Below are positions 27,563-40,990 of a stretch of DNA of 64,000 nucleotides, in pieces. The DNA comes from Eledone cirrhosa (taxonomy: Eukaryota): contig OZ024741.1 in assembly GCA_964016885.1 (NCBI GenBank), forward strand, positions 245,644,001-245,708,000, in the 5' to 3' direction. Every line of letters begins with the position of its first letter. The stretch's first letter is position 1. The notes under the pieces are model-generated. The model was not told the origin of the DNA and did not search any database. It was given only the letters and a program-made list of their open reading frames with translations. Position numbers and translations under genes: made by a program.

Positions 27563-30500
27563 CCTTGGACGGCTAGAATTTACCTCTCCTTGGACGGCTG
27601 AAAATTATCTCCCCTTGGACGGCTGGAAATTATCTCCCCTTGATTTTTTTTACAAATTATCTCCCCCTGATTTTTTTTTACAAATTATCTCCCCCTGATT
27701 TTTTTTTACAAATTATCTCCCCCTGATTTTTTTTTACAAATTATCTCCCCCTGATTTTTTTTACAAATTATCTCCCCCTGATTTTTTTTTACAAATTATC
27801 TCCCCCTGATTTTTTTTTACAAATTATCTCCCCCTGATTTTTTTTTACAAATTATCTCCCCCTAATTTTTTTTTACAAATTATCTCCCCCTGATTTTTTT
27901 TTACAAATTATCTCCCCCTGATTTTTTTTTACAAATTATCTCCGCCTGATTTTTTTTTAAAAATTACCTCCCCTTGGACGGCTGGAAATTATCTCCCCTT
28001 GGACGGCTGGAAATTATCTCCCCTTGGACGGCTAGAAATTATCTCTCCTTGGACGGCTGAAAATTATCTCCCCTTGGACGGCTGCAAATTATCTCCCCTT
28101 GATTTTTTTTACAAATTATCTCCCCCTGATTTTTTTTACAAATTATCTCCCCCTGATTTTTTTTACAAATTATCTACCCCTGATTTTTTTTACAAATTAT
28201 CTCCCCCTGATTTTTTTTTACAAATTATCTCCCCCTGATTTTTTTTTACAAATTATCTCCCCCTGATTTTTCTTTTACAAACTATCTCCCCCTGATTTTT
28301 TTACAAAGTATCTCCCCCTGATTTTTTTTACAATCTCCGCCTGATTTTTTTAAAAATTATCTTCCCTTGGCTGGCGGGAAATTATCTCCCCTTGGACGGC
28401 TGGAAATTATCTCCCCTTGGAAGGATGGAAATTATCTCCCCTTGGACGGCTGGAAATTATCTCCCCTTGCACGGCTGGAAATTATCTCCCCTTGGACGGC
28501 TAGAAATTATCTCTCTTTGGACGGCTGGAAATTATCTCCCTTTGATTTTTTTTACAAATTATCTCCCTCTGATTTTTTTTACAAATCTCCCCCTGATTTT
28601 TTAAAAAAAATTATCTCCCCTTCGCTGGCTGGAAATTATCTCCCCTTGGACACTGGAAATTATAGCCCCTTGGAGGGCCGGAAATTATCTTCCCTTGGAC
28701 GGCTGGAAATTATCTCCCACTGATTTTTTTTACAAATTATCTCCGCCTTATTTTTTTAAAAAATTATCTCTCCTTGGACGGCTGGAAATTATCTCCCCTT
28801 GATTTTTTTTACAAATAATCTCCCCCTGATTTTTTTTTACAAATTATCTCCCCCTGATTTTTTTTTACAAATTATCTACCCCTGATTTTTTTTTACAAAT
28901 TATCTCCCCCTGATTTTTTTTACGAATTATCTCCCTCTGATTTTTCTTTTACAAATTATCTCCCCCTGATTTTTTTTACAAATTATCTCCGCCTGATTTT
29001 TTTAAATATTATCTTCCCTTGGCTGGCGGGAAATTATCTCCCCTTGGACGGCTGGAAATTATCTGCCCTTGATTTTCTTTTTACAAATTATCTTCCACTG
29101 ATTTTTTTTACAAATTATCTCCACCTGATTTTTTAAAAAATTATCTCCCCTTGGAAGGCTGGAAATTATCTCCCCTTGGCTGGAAATTATCTCCCCTTGG
29201 ACGGCTAGAAATTATCTCTCTTTGTACGGCTGGAAATTATCACCCCTTGAGTTTTTTACAAATTATCTCCCCCTGATATTTTTTACAAATCTCCCAGTGT
29301 TTTTTAAAAAAAATTATCTCCCCTTCGCTGGCTGGAAATTATCTCCCCTTGGACGCTGGAAATTATAGCCCCTTGGAGGGCTGGAAATTATCTTCCCTTG
29401 GACGGCTGGAAATTATCTCCCCTTGGACGGCTGGAAATTATCTCTCCTTGGACGGCTAGAATTTACCTCTCCTTGGACGGCTGAAAATTATCTCCCCTTG
29501 GACGGCTGGAAATTATCTCCCCTTGATTTTTTTTACAAATTATCTCCCCCTGATTTTTTTTTACAAATTATCTCCCCCTGATTTTTTTTTACAAATTATC
29601 TCCCCCTGATTTTTTTTTACAAATTATCTCCCCCTGATTTTTTTTACAAATTATCTCCCCCTGATTTTTTTACAAATTATCTCCCCTTGGCTGGCTGGAA
29701 ATTATCTCCCCTTGGAGGCTGGAACTTATGTCCCCTTGGACGGCTAGAAATTACCTCTCCTTGGACGGCTGGAAAATATGTCTCCTTGGACGGCTGGATA
29801 TTATCTCCCCTTGGACGGCTGGAAATTATCTCCCCTTGGACGGCTGGAAATTATCTCCCCTTGGATGGCTAGATATTACCTCCCCTTGGACGGCTGGAAA
29901 TTATCTCCCCTTGATTTTTTTTACAAATTATCTCCCCCTGATTTTTTTTTACAAATTATCTCCCCCTGATTTTTTTTTACAAATTATCTCCCCCTGATTT
30001 TTGTTTACAAATTATCTCCGCCTGGTTTTTTTTTTAAATTATCTCCCCTTGGACGGCTGGAAATTATCTCCCCTTGGACGGCTAGAAATTACCTCTCCTT
30101 GGACGGCTGAAAATTATCTCCCCTTGGACGGCTGGAAATTATCTCCCCTTGATTTTTTTACAAATTATCTCCCCCTGATTTTTTTTTTACAAATTATCTC
30201 CCCCTGATTTTTTTTTTACAAATTATCTCCCCCTGATTTTTTTTTACAAATTATCTACCCCTGATTTTTTTTACAAATTATCTCCCCCTGATTTTTTTTA
30301 CAAATTATCTCCCCCTGATTTTTTTTTACAAATTATCTCCCCCTGATTTTTTTACAAATTATCTCCCCCTGATTTTTTTTACAAATTATCTCCGCCTGAT
30401 TTTTTTAAATATTATCTTCCCTTGGCTGGCGGGAAATTATCTCCCCTTGGACGGCTGAAAATTATCTCCCCTTGGACGGCTGGAAATTATCTCCCCTTGA

Positions 30501-33500
30501 TTTTTTTTACAAATTATCTCCCCCTGATTTTTTTTTACAAATTATCTCCCCCTGATTTTTTTACAAATTATCTGCCCCTGATTTTTTTTTACAAATTATC
30601 TCCCCCTGATTTTTTTTACAAATTATCTCCCTCTGATTTTTTTACAAATTATCTCCCCTTGGCTGGCTGGAAATTATCTCCCCTTGGACGGCTAGAAATT
30701 ACCTCTCCTTGGACGGCTGGAAAATATGTCTCCTTGGACGGCTGGATATTATCTCCCCTTGGACGGCTGGAAATTATCTCCCCTTGGACGGCTGGAAATT
30801 ATCTCCCCTTGGACGGATAGATATTACCTCCCCTTGGACGGCTGGAAATTATCTCCCCTTGATTTTTTTACAAATTATCTCCCCCTGATTTATTTTACAA
30901 ATCTCCCAATGATTTAAAAAAAAAAATTATCTCCCCTTCGCTGGCTGGAAATTATCTCCCCTTGGACGCTGGAAATTATAGCCCCTTGGAGGGCTGGAAA
31001 TTATCTTCCCTTGGACGGCTGGAAATTATCTCCCATTGATTTTTTTTACAAATTATCTCCCCCTGATTTTTTTTTACAAATTATCTCCCCCTGATTTTTT
31101 TTACAAATTATCTACCCCTGATTTTTTTTACAAATTATCTCCCCCTGATTTTTTTTTACAAATTATCTCCCCCTGATTTTTTTTTACAAATTATGTCCCC
31201 CTGATTTTTTTACAAATTATCTCCCCCTGATTTTTTTTACAATCTCCGCCTGATTTTTTTAAAAATTATCTTCCGTTAGCTGCCTGGAAATTATCTCCCC
31301 TTGGACACTGGAAATTATAGCCCCTTGGAGGGCTGGAAATTATCTTCCCTTGGACGGCTGGAAATTATCTCCCCTTGATTTTTTTTACAAATTATCTCCG
31401 CCTGATTTTTTTTTACAAATTATCTCCCCCTGATTTTTCTTTTACAAATTATCTCCCCCTGATTTTTTTACAAATTATCTCCCCCTGATTTTTTTTACAA
31501 ATTATCTCCGCCTGATTTTTTTAAATATTATCTTCCCTTGGCTGGCGGGAAATTATCTCCCCTTGGACGGCTGGAAATTATCTGCCCTTGATTTTCTTTT
31601 TACAAATTATCTTCCACTGATTTTTTTTACAAATTATCTCCACCTGATTTTTTAAAAAATTATCTCCCCTTGGAAGGCTGGAAATTATCTCCCCTTGGAC
31701 GGCTAGAATTTACCTCTCCTTGGACGGCTGAAAATTATCTCCCCTTGGACGGCTGGAAATTATCTCCCCTTGATTTTTTTTACAAATTATCTCCCCCTGA
31801 TTTTTTTTTACAAATTATCTCCCCCTGATTTTTTTTTACAAATTATCTCCCCCTGATTTTTTTTTACAAATTATCTCCCCCTGATTTTTTTTACAAATTA
31901 TCTCCCCCTGATTTTTTTTTACAAATTATCTCCCCCTGATTTTTTTTTACAAATTATCTCCCCCTGATTTTTTTTTACAAATTATCTCCCCCTAATTTTT
32001 TTTTACAAATTATCTCCCCCTGATTTTTTTTTACAAATTATCTCCCCCTGATTTTTTTTTACAAATTATCTCCGCCTGATTTTTTTTTTAAAATTACCTC
32101 CCCTTGGACGGCTGGAAATTATCTCCCCTTGGACGGCTGGAAATTATCTCCCCTTGGACGGCTAGAAATTATCTCTCCTTGGACGGCTGAAAATTATCTC
32201 CCCTTGGACGGCTGCAAATTATCTCCCCTTGATTTTTTTTACAAATTATCTCCCCCTGATTTTTTTTACAAATTATCTCCCCCTGATTTTTTTTACAAAT
32301 TATCTACCCCTGATTTTTTTTACAAATTATCTCCCCCTGATTTTTTTTTACAAATTATCTCCCCCTGATTTTTTTTTACAAATTATCTCCCCCTGATTTT
32401 TCTTTTACAAACTATCTCCCCCTGATTTTTTTACAAAGTATCTCCCCCTGATTTTTTTTACAATCTCCGCCTGATTTTTTTAAAAATTATCTTCCCTTGG
32501 CTGGCGGGAAATTATCTCCCCTTGGACGGCTGGAAATTATCTCCCCTTGGAAGGATGGAAATTATCTCCCCTTGGACGGCTGGAAATTATCTCCCCTTGC
32601 ACGGCTGGAAATTATCTCCCCTTGGACGGCTAGAAATTATCTCTCTTTGGACGGCTGGAAATTATCTCCCTTTGATTTTTTTTACAAATTATCTCCCTCT
32701 GATTTTTTTTACAAATCTCCCCCTGATTTTTTAAAAAAAATTATCTCCCCTTCGCTGGCTGGAAATTATCTCCCCTTGGACACTGGAAATTATAGCCCCT
32801 TGGAGGGCCGGAAATTATCTTCCCTTGGACGGCTGGAAATTATCTCCCACTGATTTTTTTTACAAATTATCTCCGCCTTATTTTTTTAAAAAATTATCTC
32901 TCCTTGGACGGCTGGAAATTATCTCCCCTTGATTTTTTTTACAAATAATCTCCCCCTGATTTTTTTTTACAAATTATCTCCCCCTGATTTTTTTTTACAA
33001 ATTATCTACCCCTGATTTTTTTTTACAAATTATCTCCCCCTGATTTTTTTTACGAATTATCTCCCTCTGATTTTTCTTTTACAAATTATCTCCCCCTGAT
33101 TTTTTTTACAAATTATCTCCGCCTGATTTTTTTAAATATTATCTTCCCTTGGCTGGCGGGAAATTATCTCCCCTTGGACGGCTGGAAATTATCTGCCCTT
33201 GATTTTCTTTTTACAAATTATCTTCCACTGATTTTTTTTACAAATTATCTCCACCTGATTTTTTAAAAAATTATCTCCCCTTGGAAGGCTGGAAATTATC
33301 TCCCCTTGGCTGGAAATTATCTCCCCTTGGACGGCTAGAAATTATCTCTCTTTGTACGGCTGGAAATTATCACCCCTTGAGTTTTTTACAAATTATCTCC
33401 CCCTGATATTTTTTACAAATCTCCCAGTGTTTTTTAAAAAAAATTATCTCCCCTTCGCTGGCTGGAAATTATCTCCCCTTGGACGCTGGAAATTATAGCC

Positions 33501-35838
33501 CCTTGGAGGGCTGGAAATTATCTTCCCTTGGACGGCTGGAAATTATCTCCCCTTGGACGGCTGGAAATTATCTCTCCTTGGACGGCTAGAATTTACCTCT
33601 CCTTGGACGGCTGAAAATTATCTCCCCTTGGACGGCTGGAAATTATCTCCCCTTGATTTTTTTTACAAATTATCTCCCCCTGATTTTTTTTTACAAATTA
33701 TCTCCCCCTGATTTTTTTTTACAAATTATCTCCCCCTGATTTTTTTTTACAAATTATCTCCCCCTGATTTTTTTTACAAATTATCTCCCCCTGATTTTTT
33801 TACAAATTATCTCCCCTTGGCTGGCTGGAAATTATCTCCCCTTGGAGGCTGGAACTTATGTCCCCTTGGACGGCTAGAAATTACCTCTCCTTGGACGGCT
33901 GGAAAATATGTCTCCTTGGACGGCTGGATATTATCTCCCCTTGGACGGCTGGAAATTATCTCCCCTTGGACGGCTGGAAATTATCTCCCCTTGGATGGCT
34001 AGATATTACCTCCCCTTGGACGGCTGGAAATTATCTCCCCTTGATTTTTTTTACAAATTATCTCCCCCTGATTTTTTTTTACAAATTATCTCCCCCTGAT
34101 TTTTTTTTACAAATTATCTCCCCCTGATTTTTGTTTACAAATTATCTCCGCCTGGTTTTTTTTTTAAATTATCTCCCCTTGGACGGCTGGAAATTATCTC
34201 CCCTTGGACGGCTAGAAATTACCTCTCCTTGGACGGCTGAAAATTATCTCCCCTTGGACGGCTGGAAATTATCTCCCCTTGATTTTTTTACAAATTATCT
34301 CCCCCTGATTTTTTTTTTACAAATTATCTCCCCCTGATTTTTTTTTTACAAATTATCTCCCCCTGATTTTTTTTTACAAATTATCTACCCCTGATTTTTT
34401 TTACAAATTATCTCCCCCTGATTTTTTTTACAAATTATCTCCCCCTGATTTTTTTTTACAAATTATCTCCCCCTGATTTTTTTACAAATTATCTCCCCCT
34501 GATTTTTTTTACAAATTATCTCCGCCTGATTTTTTTAAATATTATCTTCCCTTGGCTGGCGGGAAATTATCTCCCCTTGGACGGCTGAAAATTATCTCCC
34601 CTTGGACGGCTGGAAATTATCTCCCCTTGATTTTTTTTACAAATTATCTCCCCCTGATTTTTTTTTACAAATTATCTCCCCCTGATTTTTTTACAAATTA
34701 TCTCCCCCTGATTTTTTTTTACAAATTATCTCCCCCTGATTTTTTTTACAAATTATCTCCCTCTGATTTTTTTACAAATTATCTCCCCTTGGCTGGCTGG
34801 AAATTATCTCCCCTTGGACGGCTAGAAATTACCTCTCCTTGGACGGCTGGAAAATATGTCTCCTTGGACGGCTGGATATTATCTCCCCTTGGACGGCTGG
34901 AAATTATCTCCCCTTGGACGGCTGGAAATTATCTCCCCTTGGACGGATAGATATTACCTCCCCTTGGACGGCTGGAAATTATCTCCCCTTGATTTTTTTA
35001 CAAATTATCTCCCCCTGATTTATTTTACAAATCTCCCAATGATTTAAAAAAAAAAATTATCTCCCCTTCGCTGGCTGGAAATTATCTCCCCTTGGACGCT
35101 GGAAATTATAGCCCCTTGGAGGGCTGGAAATTATCTTCCCTTGGACGGCTGGAAATTATCTCCCATTGATTTTTTTTACAAATTATCTCCCCCTGATTTT
35201 TTTTTACAAATTATCTCCCCCTGATTTTTTTTACAAATTATCTACCCCTGATTTTTTTTACAAATTATCTCCCCCTGATTTTTTTTTACAAATTATCTCC
35301 CCCTGATTTTTTTTTACAAATTATGTCCCCCTGATTTTTTTACAAATTATCTCCCCCTGATTTTTTTTACAATCTCCGCCTGATTTTTTTAAAAATTATC
35401 TTCCGTTAGCTGCCTGGAAATTATCTCCCCTTGGACACTGGAAATTATAGCCCCTTGGAGGGCTGGAAATTATCTTCCCTTGGACGGCTGGAAATTATCT
35501 CCCCTTGATTTTTTTTACAAATTATCTCCGCCTGATTTTTTTTTACAAATTATCTCCCCCTGATTTTTCTTTTACAAATTATCTCCCCCTGATTTTTTTA
35601 CAAATTATCTCCCCCTGATTTTTTTTACAAATTATCTCCGCCTGATTTTTTTAAATATTATCTTCCCTTGGCTGGCGGGAAATTATCTCCCCTTGGACGG
35701 CTGGAAATTATCTGCCCTTGATTTTCTTTTTACAAATTATCTTCCACTGATTTTTTTTACAAATTATCTCCACCTGATTTTTTAAAAAATTATCTCCCCT
35801 TGGAAGGCTGGAAATTATCTCCCCTTGGACGGCTAGAA
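27563..35838 (+). repeat. Near-perfect 4,130-bp tandem duplication
   Basis: ORF pairs 27999/32129, 28367/32497, 29687/33817, 30001/34131, 30422/34552 and 30726/34856 all have offset 4130. Shared private variants include ACAAACTATC, TACGAATTATC and TTCCGTTAGCTGCC. Confidence 0.93.
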
Positions 35839-37559
35839 ATTATCTCTCCTTGGACGGCTGAAAATTATCTCCCCTTGGACGGCTGCAAATTATCTCCCCT
35901 TGATTTTTTTTACAAATTATCTCCCCCTGATTTTTTTTACAAATTATCTCCCCCTAATTTTTTTTACAAATTATCTACCCCTGATTTTTTTTACAAATTA
36001 TCTCCCCCTGATTTTTTTTTACAAATTATCTCCTCCTGATTTTTTTTTACAAATTATCTCCCCCTGATTTTTTTTTTACAAATTATCTCCCCCTGATTTT
36101 TTTACAAATTATCTCCCCCTGATTTTTTTTACAATCTCCGCCTGATTTTTTTAAAAATTATCTTCCCTTGGCTGGCGGGAAATTATCTCCCCTTGGACGG
36201 CTGGAAATTATCTCCCCTTGGAAGGATGGAAATTATCTCCCCTTGGACGGCTGGAAATTATCTCCCCTTGCACGGCTGGAAATTATCTCCCCTTGGCTGG
36301 AAATTATCTCCCCTTGGACGGCTAGAAATTATCTCTCTTTGGACGGCTGGAAATTATCTCCCTTTGATTTTTTTTACAAATTATCTCCCTCTGATTTTTT
36401 TTACAAATCTCCCCCTGATTTTTTTAAAAAAATTATCTCCCCTTCGCTGGCTGGAAATTATCTTCCCTTGGACGGCTGGAAATTATCTCCCCTTGATTTT
36501 TTTTACAAATTATCTCCGCCTGATTTTTTTTAAAAATTATCTCTCCTTAGACGGCTGGAAATTATCTCCCCTTGATTTTTTTTACAAATAATCTCCCCCT
36601 GATTTTTTTTTACAAATTATCTCCCCCTGATTTTTTTTTACAAATTATCTACCCCTGATTTTTTTTTACAAATTATCTCCCCCTGATTTTTTTTACAAAT
36701 TATCTCCCCCTGATTTTTCTTTTACAAATTATCTCCCCCTGATTTTTTTACAAATTATCTCCCCCTGATTTTTTTTACAAATTGTCTCTGCCTGATTTTT
36801 TTAAATATTATCTTCCCGTGGCTGGCGGGAAATTACCTCCCCTTGGACGGCTGGAAATTATCTGTCCTTGATTTTCTTTTTACAAATTATCTTCCACTGA
36901 TTTTTTTTACAAATTATCTCCACCTGATTTTTTAAAAAATTATCTCCCCTTGGAAGGCTGGAAATCATCTCCCCTTGGCTGGAAATTATCTCCCCTTGGA
37001 CGGCTAGAAATTATCTCTCTTTGGACGGCTGGAAATTATCACCCCTTGAGTTTTTTACAAATTATCTCCCCCTGATTTTTTTTACAAATCTCCCAGTGAT
37101 TTTTAAAAAAAAATTATCTCCCCTTCGCTGGCTGGAAATTATCTCCCCTTGGACGCTGGAAATTATAGCCCCTTGGAGGGCTGGAAATTATCTTCCCTTG
37201 GACGGCTGGAAATTATCTCCCCTTGATTTTTTTTACAAATTATCTCCCCCTGATTTTTTTTTACAAATTATCTCCCCCTGATTTTTTTTTACAACTTATC
37301 TGCGCCTGATTTTTTTAAAAAAATTATCTCCCCTTGGACGGCTGGAAATTATCTCTCCTTGGACGGCTAGAATTTACCTCTCCTTGGACGGCTGAAAATT
37401 ATCTCCCCTTGGACGGCTGGAAATTATCTCCCCTTGATTTTTTTTACAAATTATCTCCCCCTGATTTTTTTTTACAAATTATCTCCCACAGATTTTTTTT
37501 TTACAAATTATCTCCCCCTGATTTTTTTTTACAAATTATCTCCCCCTGATTTTTTTACA

Positions 37560-39300
37560 AATTATCTCCCCTTGGCTGGCTGGAAATTATCTCCCCTTGG
37601 AGGCTGGAACTTATCTCCCCTTGGACGGCTAGAAATTACCTCTCCTTGGACGGCTGGAAAATATGTCTCCTTGGACGGCTGGATATTATCTCCCCTTGGA
37701 CGGCTGGAAATTATCTCCCCTTGGACGGCTGGAAATTATCTCCCCTTGGATGGCTAGATATTACCTCCCCTTGGACGGCTGGAAATTATCTCCCCTTGAT
37801 TTTTTTTACAAATTATCTCCCCCTGATTTTTTTTTACAAATTATCTCCCCCTGATTTTTTTTTACAAATTATCTCCCCCTGATTTTTGTTTACAAATTAT
37901 CTCCGCCTGATTTTTTTTTTAAAATTATCTCCCCTTGGACGGCTGGAAATTATCTCCCCTTGGACGGCTAGAAATTACCTCTCCTTGGACGGCTGAAAAT
38001 TATCTCCCCTTGGACGGCTGGAAATTATCTCCCCTTGATTTTTTTACAAATTATCTCCCCCTGATTTTTTTTTTACAAATTATCTCCCCCTGATTTTTTT
38101 TTTACAAATTATCTCCCCCTAATTTTTTTTTACAAATTATCTCCCCCTGATTTTTTTTACAAATTATCTCCCCCCTGATTTTTTTACAAATTATCTCCCC
38201 TTGGCTGGCTGGAAATTATCTCCCCTTGGAGGCTGGAACTTATCTCCCCTTGGACGGCTAGAAATTACCTCTCCTTGGACGGCTGGAAAATATGTCTCCT
38301 TGGACGGCTGGATATTATCTCCCCTTGGACGGCTGGAAATTATCTCCCCTTGGACGGCTGGAAATTATCTCCCCTTGGATGGCTAGATATTACCTCCCCT
38401 TGGACGGCTGGAAATTATCTCCCCTTGATTTTTTTTACAAATTATCTCCCCCTAATTTTTTTTTACAAATTATCTCCCCCTGATTTTTTTAAAAAAATTA
38501 TCTCCCCCTGATTTTTGTTTACAAATTATCTCCGCCTGATTTTTTAAAAAAAATTATCTCCCCTTGGACGGCTGGAAATTATCTCCCCTTGGACGGCTGG
38601 AAATTATATCTCCTTGGACGGCTAGAATTTACCTCTCCTTGGACGGCTGAAAATTAACTCCCCTTGGACGGCTGGAAATTATCTCCCCTTGATTTTTTTA
38701 CAAATTATCTCCCCCTGATTTTTTTTTACAAATTATCTCCCCCTGATTTTTTTTTACAAATTATCTCCCCCTGATTTTTTTTTACAAATTATCTCCCCCT
38801 GATTTTTTTACAAATTATCTCACCTTGGCTGGCTGGAAATTATCTCCCCTTGGAGGCTGGAACTTATCTCCCCTTGGACGGCTAGAAATTACCTCTCCTT
38901 GGACGGCTGGAAAATATGTCTCCTTGGACGGCTGGATATTATCTCCCCTTGGACGGCTGGAAATTATCTCCCCTTGGACGGCTGGAAATTATCTCCCCTT
39001 GGATGGCTAGATATTACCTCCCCTTGGACGGCTGGAAATTATCTCCCCTTGATTTTGTTTACAAATTATCTCCCCCTGATTTTTTTTTACAAATTATCTC
39101 CCCCTGATTTTTTTTTACAAATTATCTCCCCCTGATTTTTGTTTACAAATTATCTCCGCCTGATTTTTTTTTTTAAATTATCTCCCCTTGGACGGCTGGA
39201 AATTATCTCCCCTCGGACGGCTAGAAATTACCTCTCCTTGGACGGCTGAAAATTATCTCCCCTTGGACGGCTGGAAATTATCTCCCCTTGATTTTTTTAC
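37560..39300 (+). repeat. ~624-629 bp higher-order repeat (about 3 copies)
   Basis: The 9-mer cassette recurs at ORF starts 37663, 38292 and 38916. The same 624 spacing occurs at 20735/21359, 40804/41428, 47843/48467 and 62949/63573. Confidence 0.85.
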
Positions 39301-39625
39301 AAATTATCTCCCCCTGATTTTTTTTTTACAAATTATCTCCCCCTGATTTTTTTTTAGAAATTATCTACCCCTGATTTTTTTTTACAAATTATCTCCCCCT
39401 GATTTTTTTTTACAAATTATCTACCCCTGATTTTTTTTACAAATTATCTCCCCCTGATTTTTTTTACAAATTATCTCCCCCTGATTTTTTTTTTACAAAT
39501 TATCTCCCCCTGATTTTTTTACAAATTATCTCCCCCTGATTTTTTTTACAAATTATCTCCGCCGGATTTTTTTAAATATTATCTTCCCTTGGCTTGCGGG
39601 AAATTATCTCCCCTTGGACGGCTGA

Positions 39626-40990
39626 AAATTATCTCCCCTTGGACGGCTGGAAATTATCTCCCCTTGATTTTTTTTACAAATTATCTCCCCCTGATTTTTT
39701 TTTACAAATTATCTCCCCCTGATTTTTTTTACAAATTATCTCCCCCTGATTTTTTTTTACAAATTATCTCCCCCTGATTTTTTTTACAAATTATCTCCCC
39801 CTGATTTTTTTTACAAATTATCTCCCCCTGATTTTTTTTTACAAATTATCTCCCCCTGATTTTTTTACAAATTATCTCCCCCTGATTTTTTTTACAAATT
39901 ATCCGCCTGATTTTTTAAAATATTATCTCCCCTTGGACGGCTGGAAATTATCTGCCCTTGATTTTCTTTTTACAAATTAACTTCCACTGATTTTTTTTAC
40001 AAATTATCTCCACCTGATTTTTTTAAAAATTATCTCCCCTTGGAAGGCTGGAAATTATCTCCCCTTGGCTGGAAATTATCTCCCCTTGGACGGCTAGAAA
40101 TTATCTCTCTTTGGACGGCTGGAAATTATCACCCCTTGAGTTTTTTACAAATTATCTCCCCCTGATTTTTTTTACAAATCTCCCAGTGATTTTTAAAAAA
40201 AAATTATCTTCCCTTCGCTGGCTGGAAATTATCTCCCCTTGGACGCTGGAAATTATAGCCCCTTGGAGGGCTGGAAATTATCTTCCCTTGGACGGCTGGA
40301 AATTATCTCCCCTTGATTTTTTTTACAAATTATCTCCCCCTGATTTTTTTTTATAAATTATCTCCCCCTGATTTTTTTTTACAACTTATCTGCGCCTGAT
40401 TTTTTTAAAAAAATTATCTCCCCTTGGACGGCTGGAAATTATCTCCCCTTGGACGGCTGGAAATTATCTCTCCTTGGACGGCTAGAATTTACCTCTCCTT
40501 GGACGGCTGAAAATTATCTCCCCTTGGAGGGCTGGAAATTATCTCCCCTTGATTTTTTTTTCAAATTATCTCCCCCTGATTTTTTTTTACAAATTATCTC
40601 CCCCTGATTTTTTTTTACAAATTATCTCCCCCTGATTTTTTTTTACAAATTATCTCCCCCTGATTTTTTTTACAAATTATCTCCCCCTGATTTTTTTACA
40701 AATTATCTCCCCTTGGCTGGCTGGAAATTATCTCCCCTTGGAGGCTGGAACTTATCTCCCCTTGGACGGCTAGAAATTACCTCTCCTTGGACGGCTGGAA
40801 AATATGTCTCCTTGGACGGCTGGATATTATCTCACCTTGGACGGCTGGAAATTATCTCCCCTTGGACGGCTGGAAATTATCTCCCCTTGGATGGCTAGAT
40901 ATTACCTCCCCTTGGACGGCTGGAAATTATCTCCCCTTGATTTTTTTTACAAATTATCTCCCCCTGATTTTTTTTTACAAATTATCTCCC
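39626..40990 (+). repeat. Copy of window start (1-1365), offset 39,625
   Basis: ORF pairs 486/40111, 1088/40713 and 1162/40787. The rare deletion AAATTATCCGCC occurs at ~271 and ~39896, and TTTTATAAATT at ~725 and ~40350. Confidence 0.85.
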
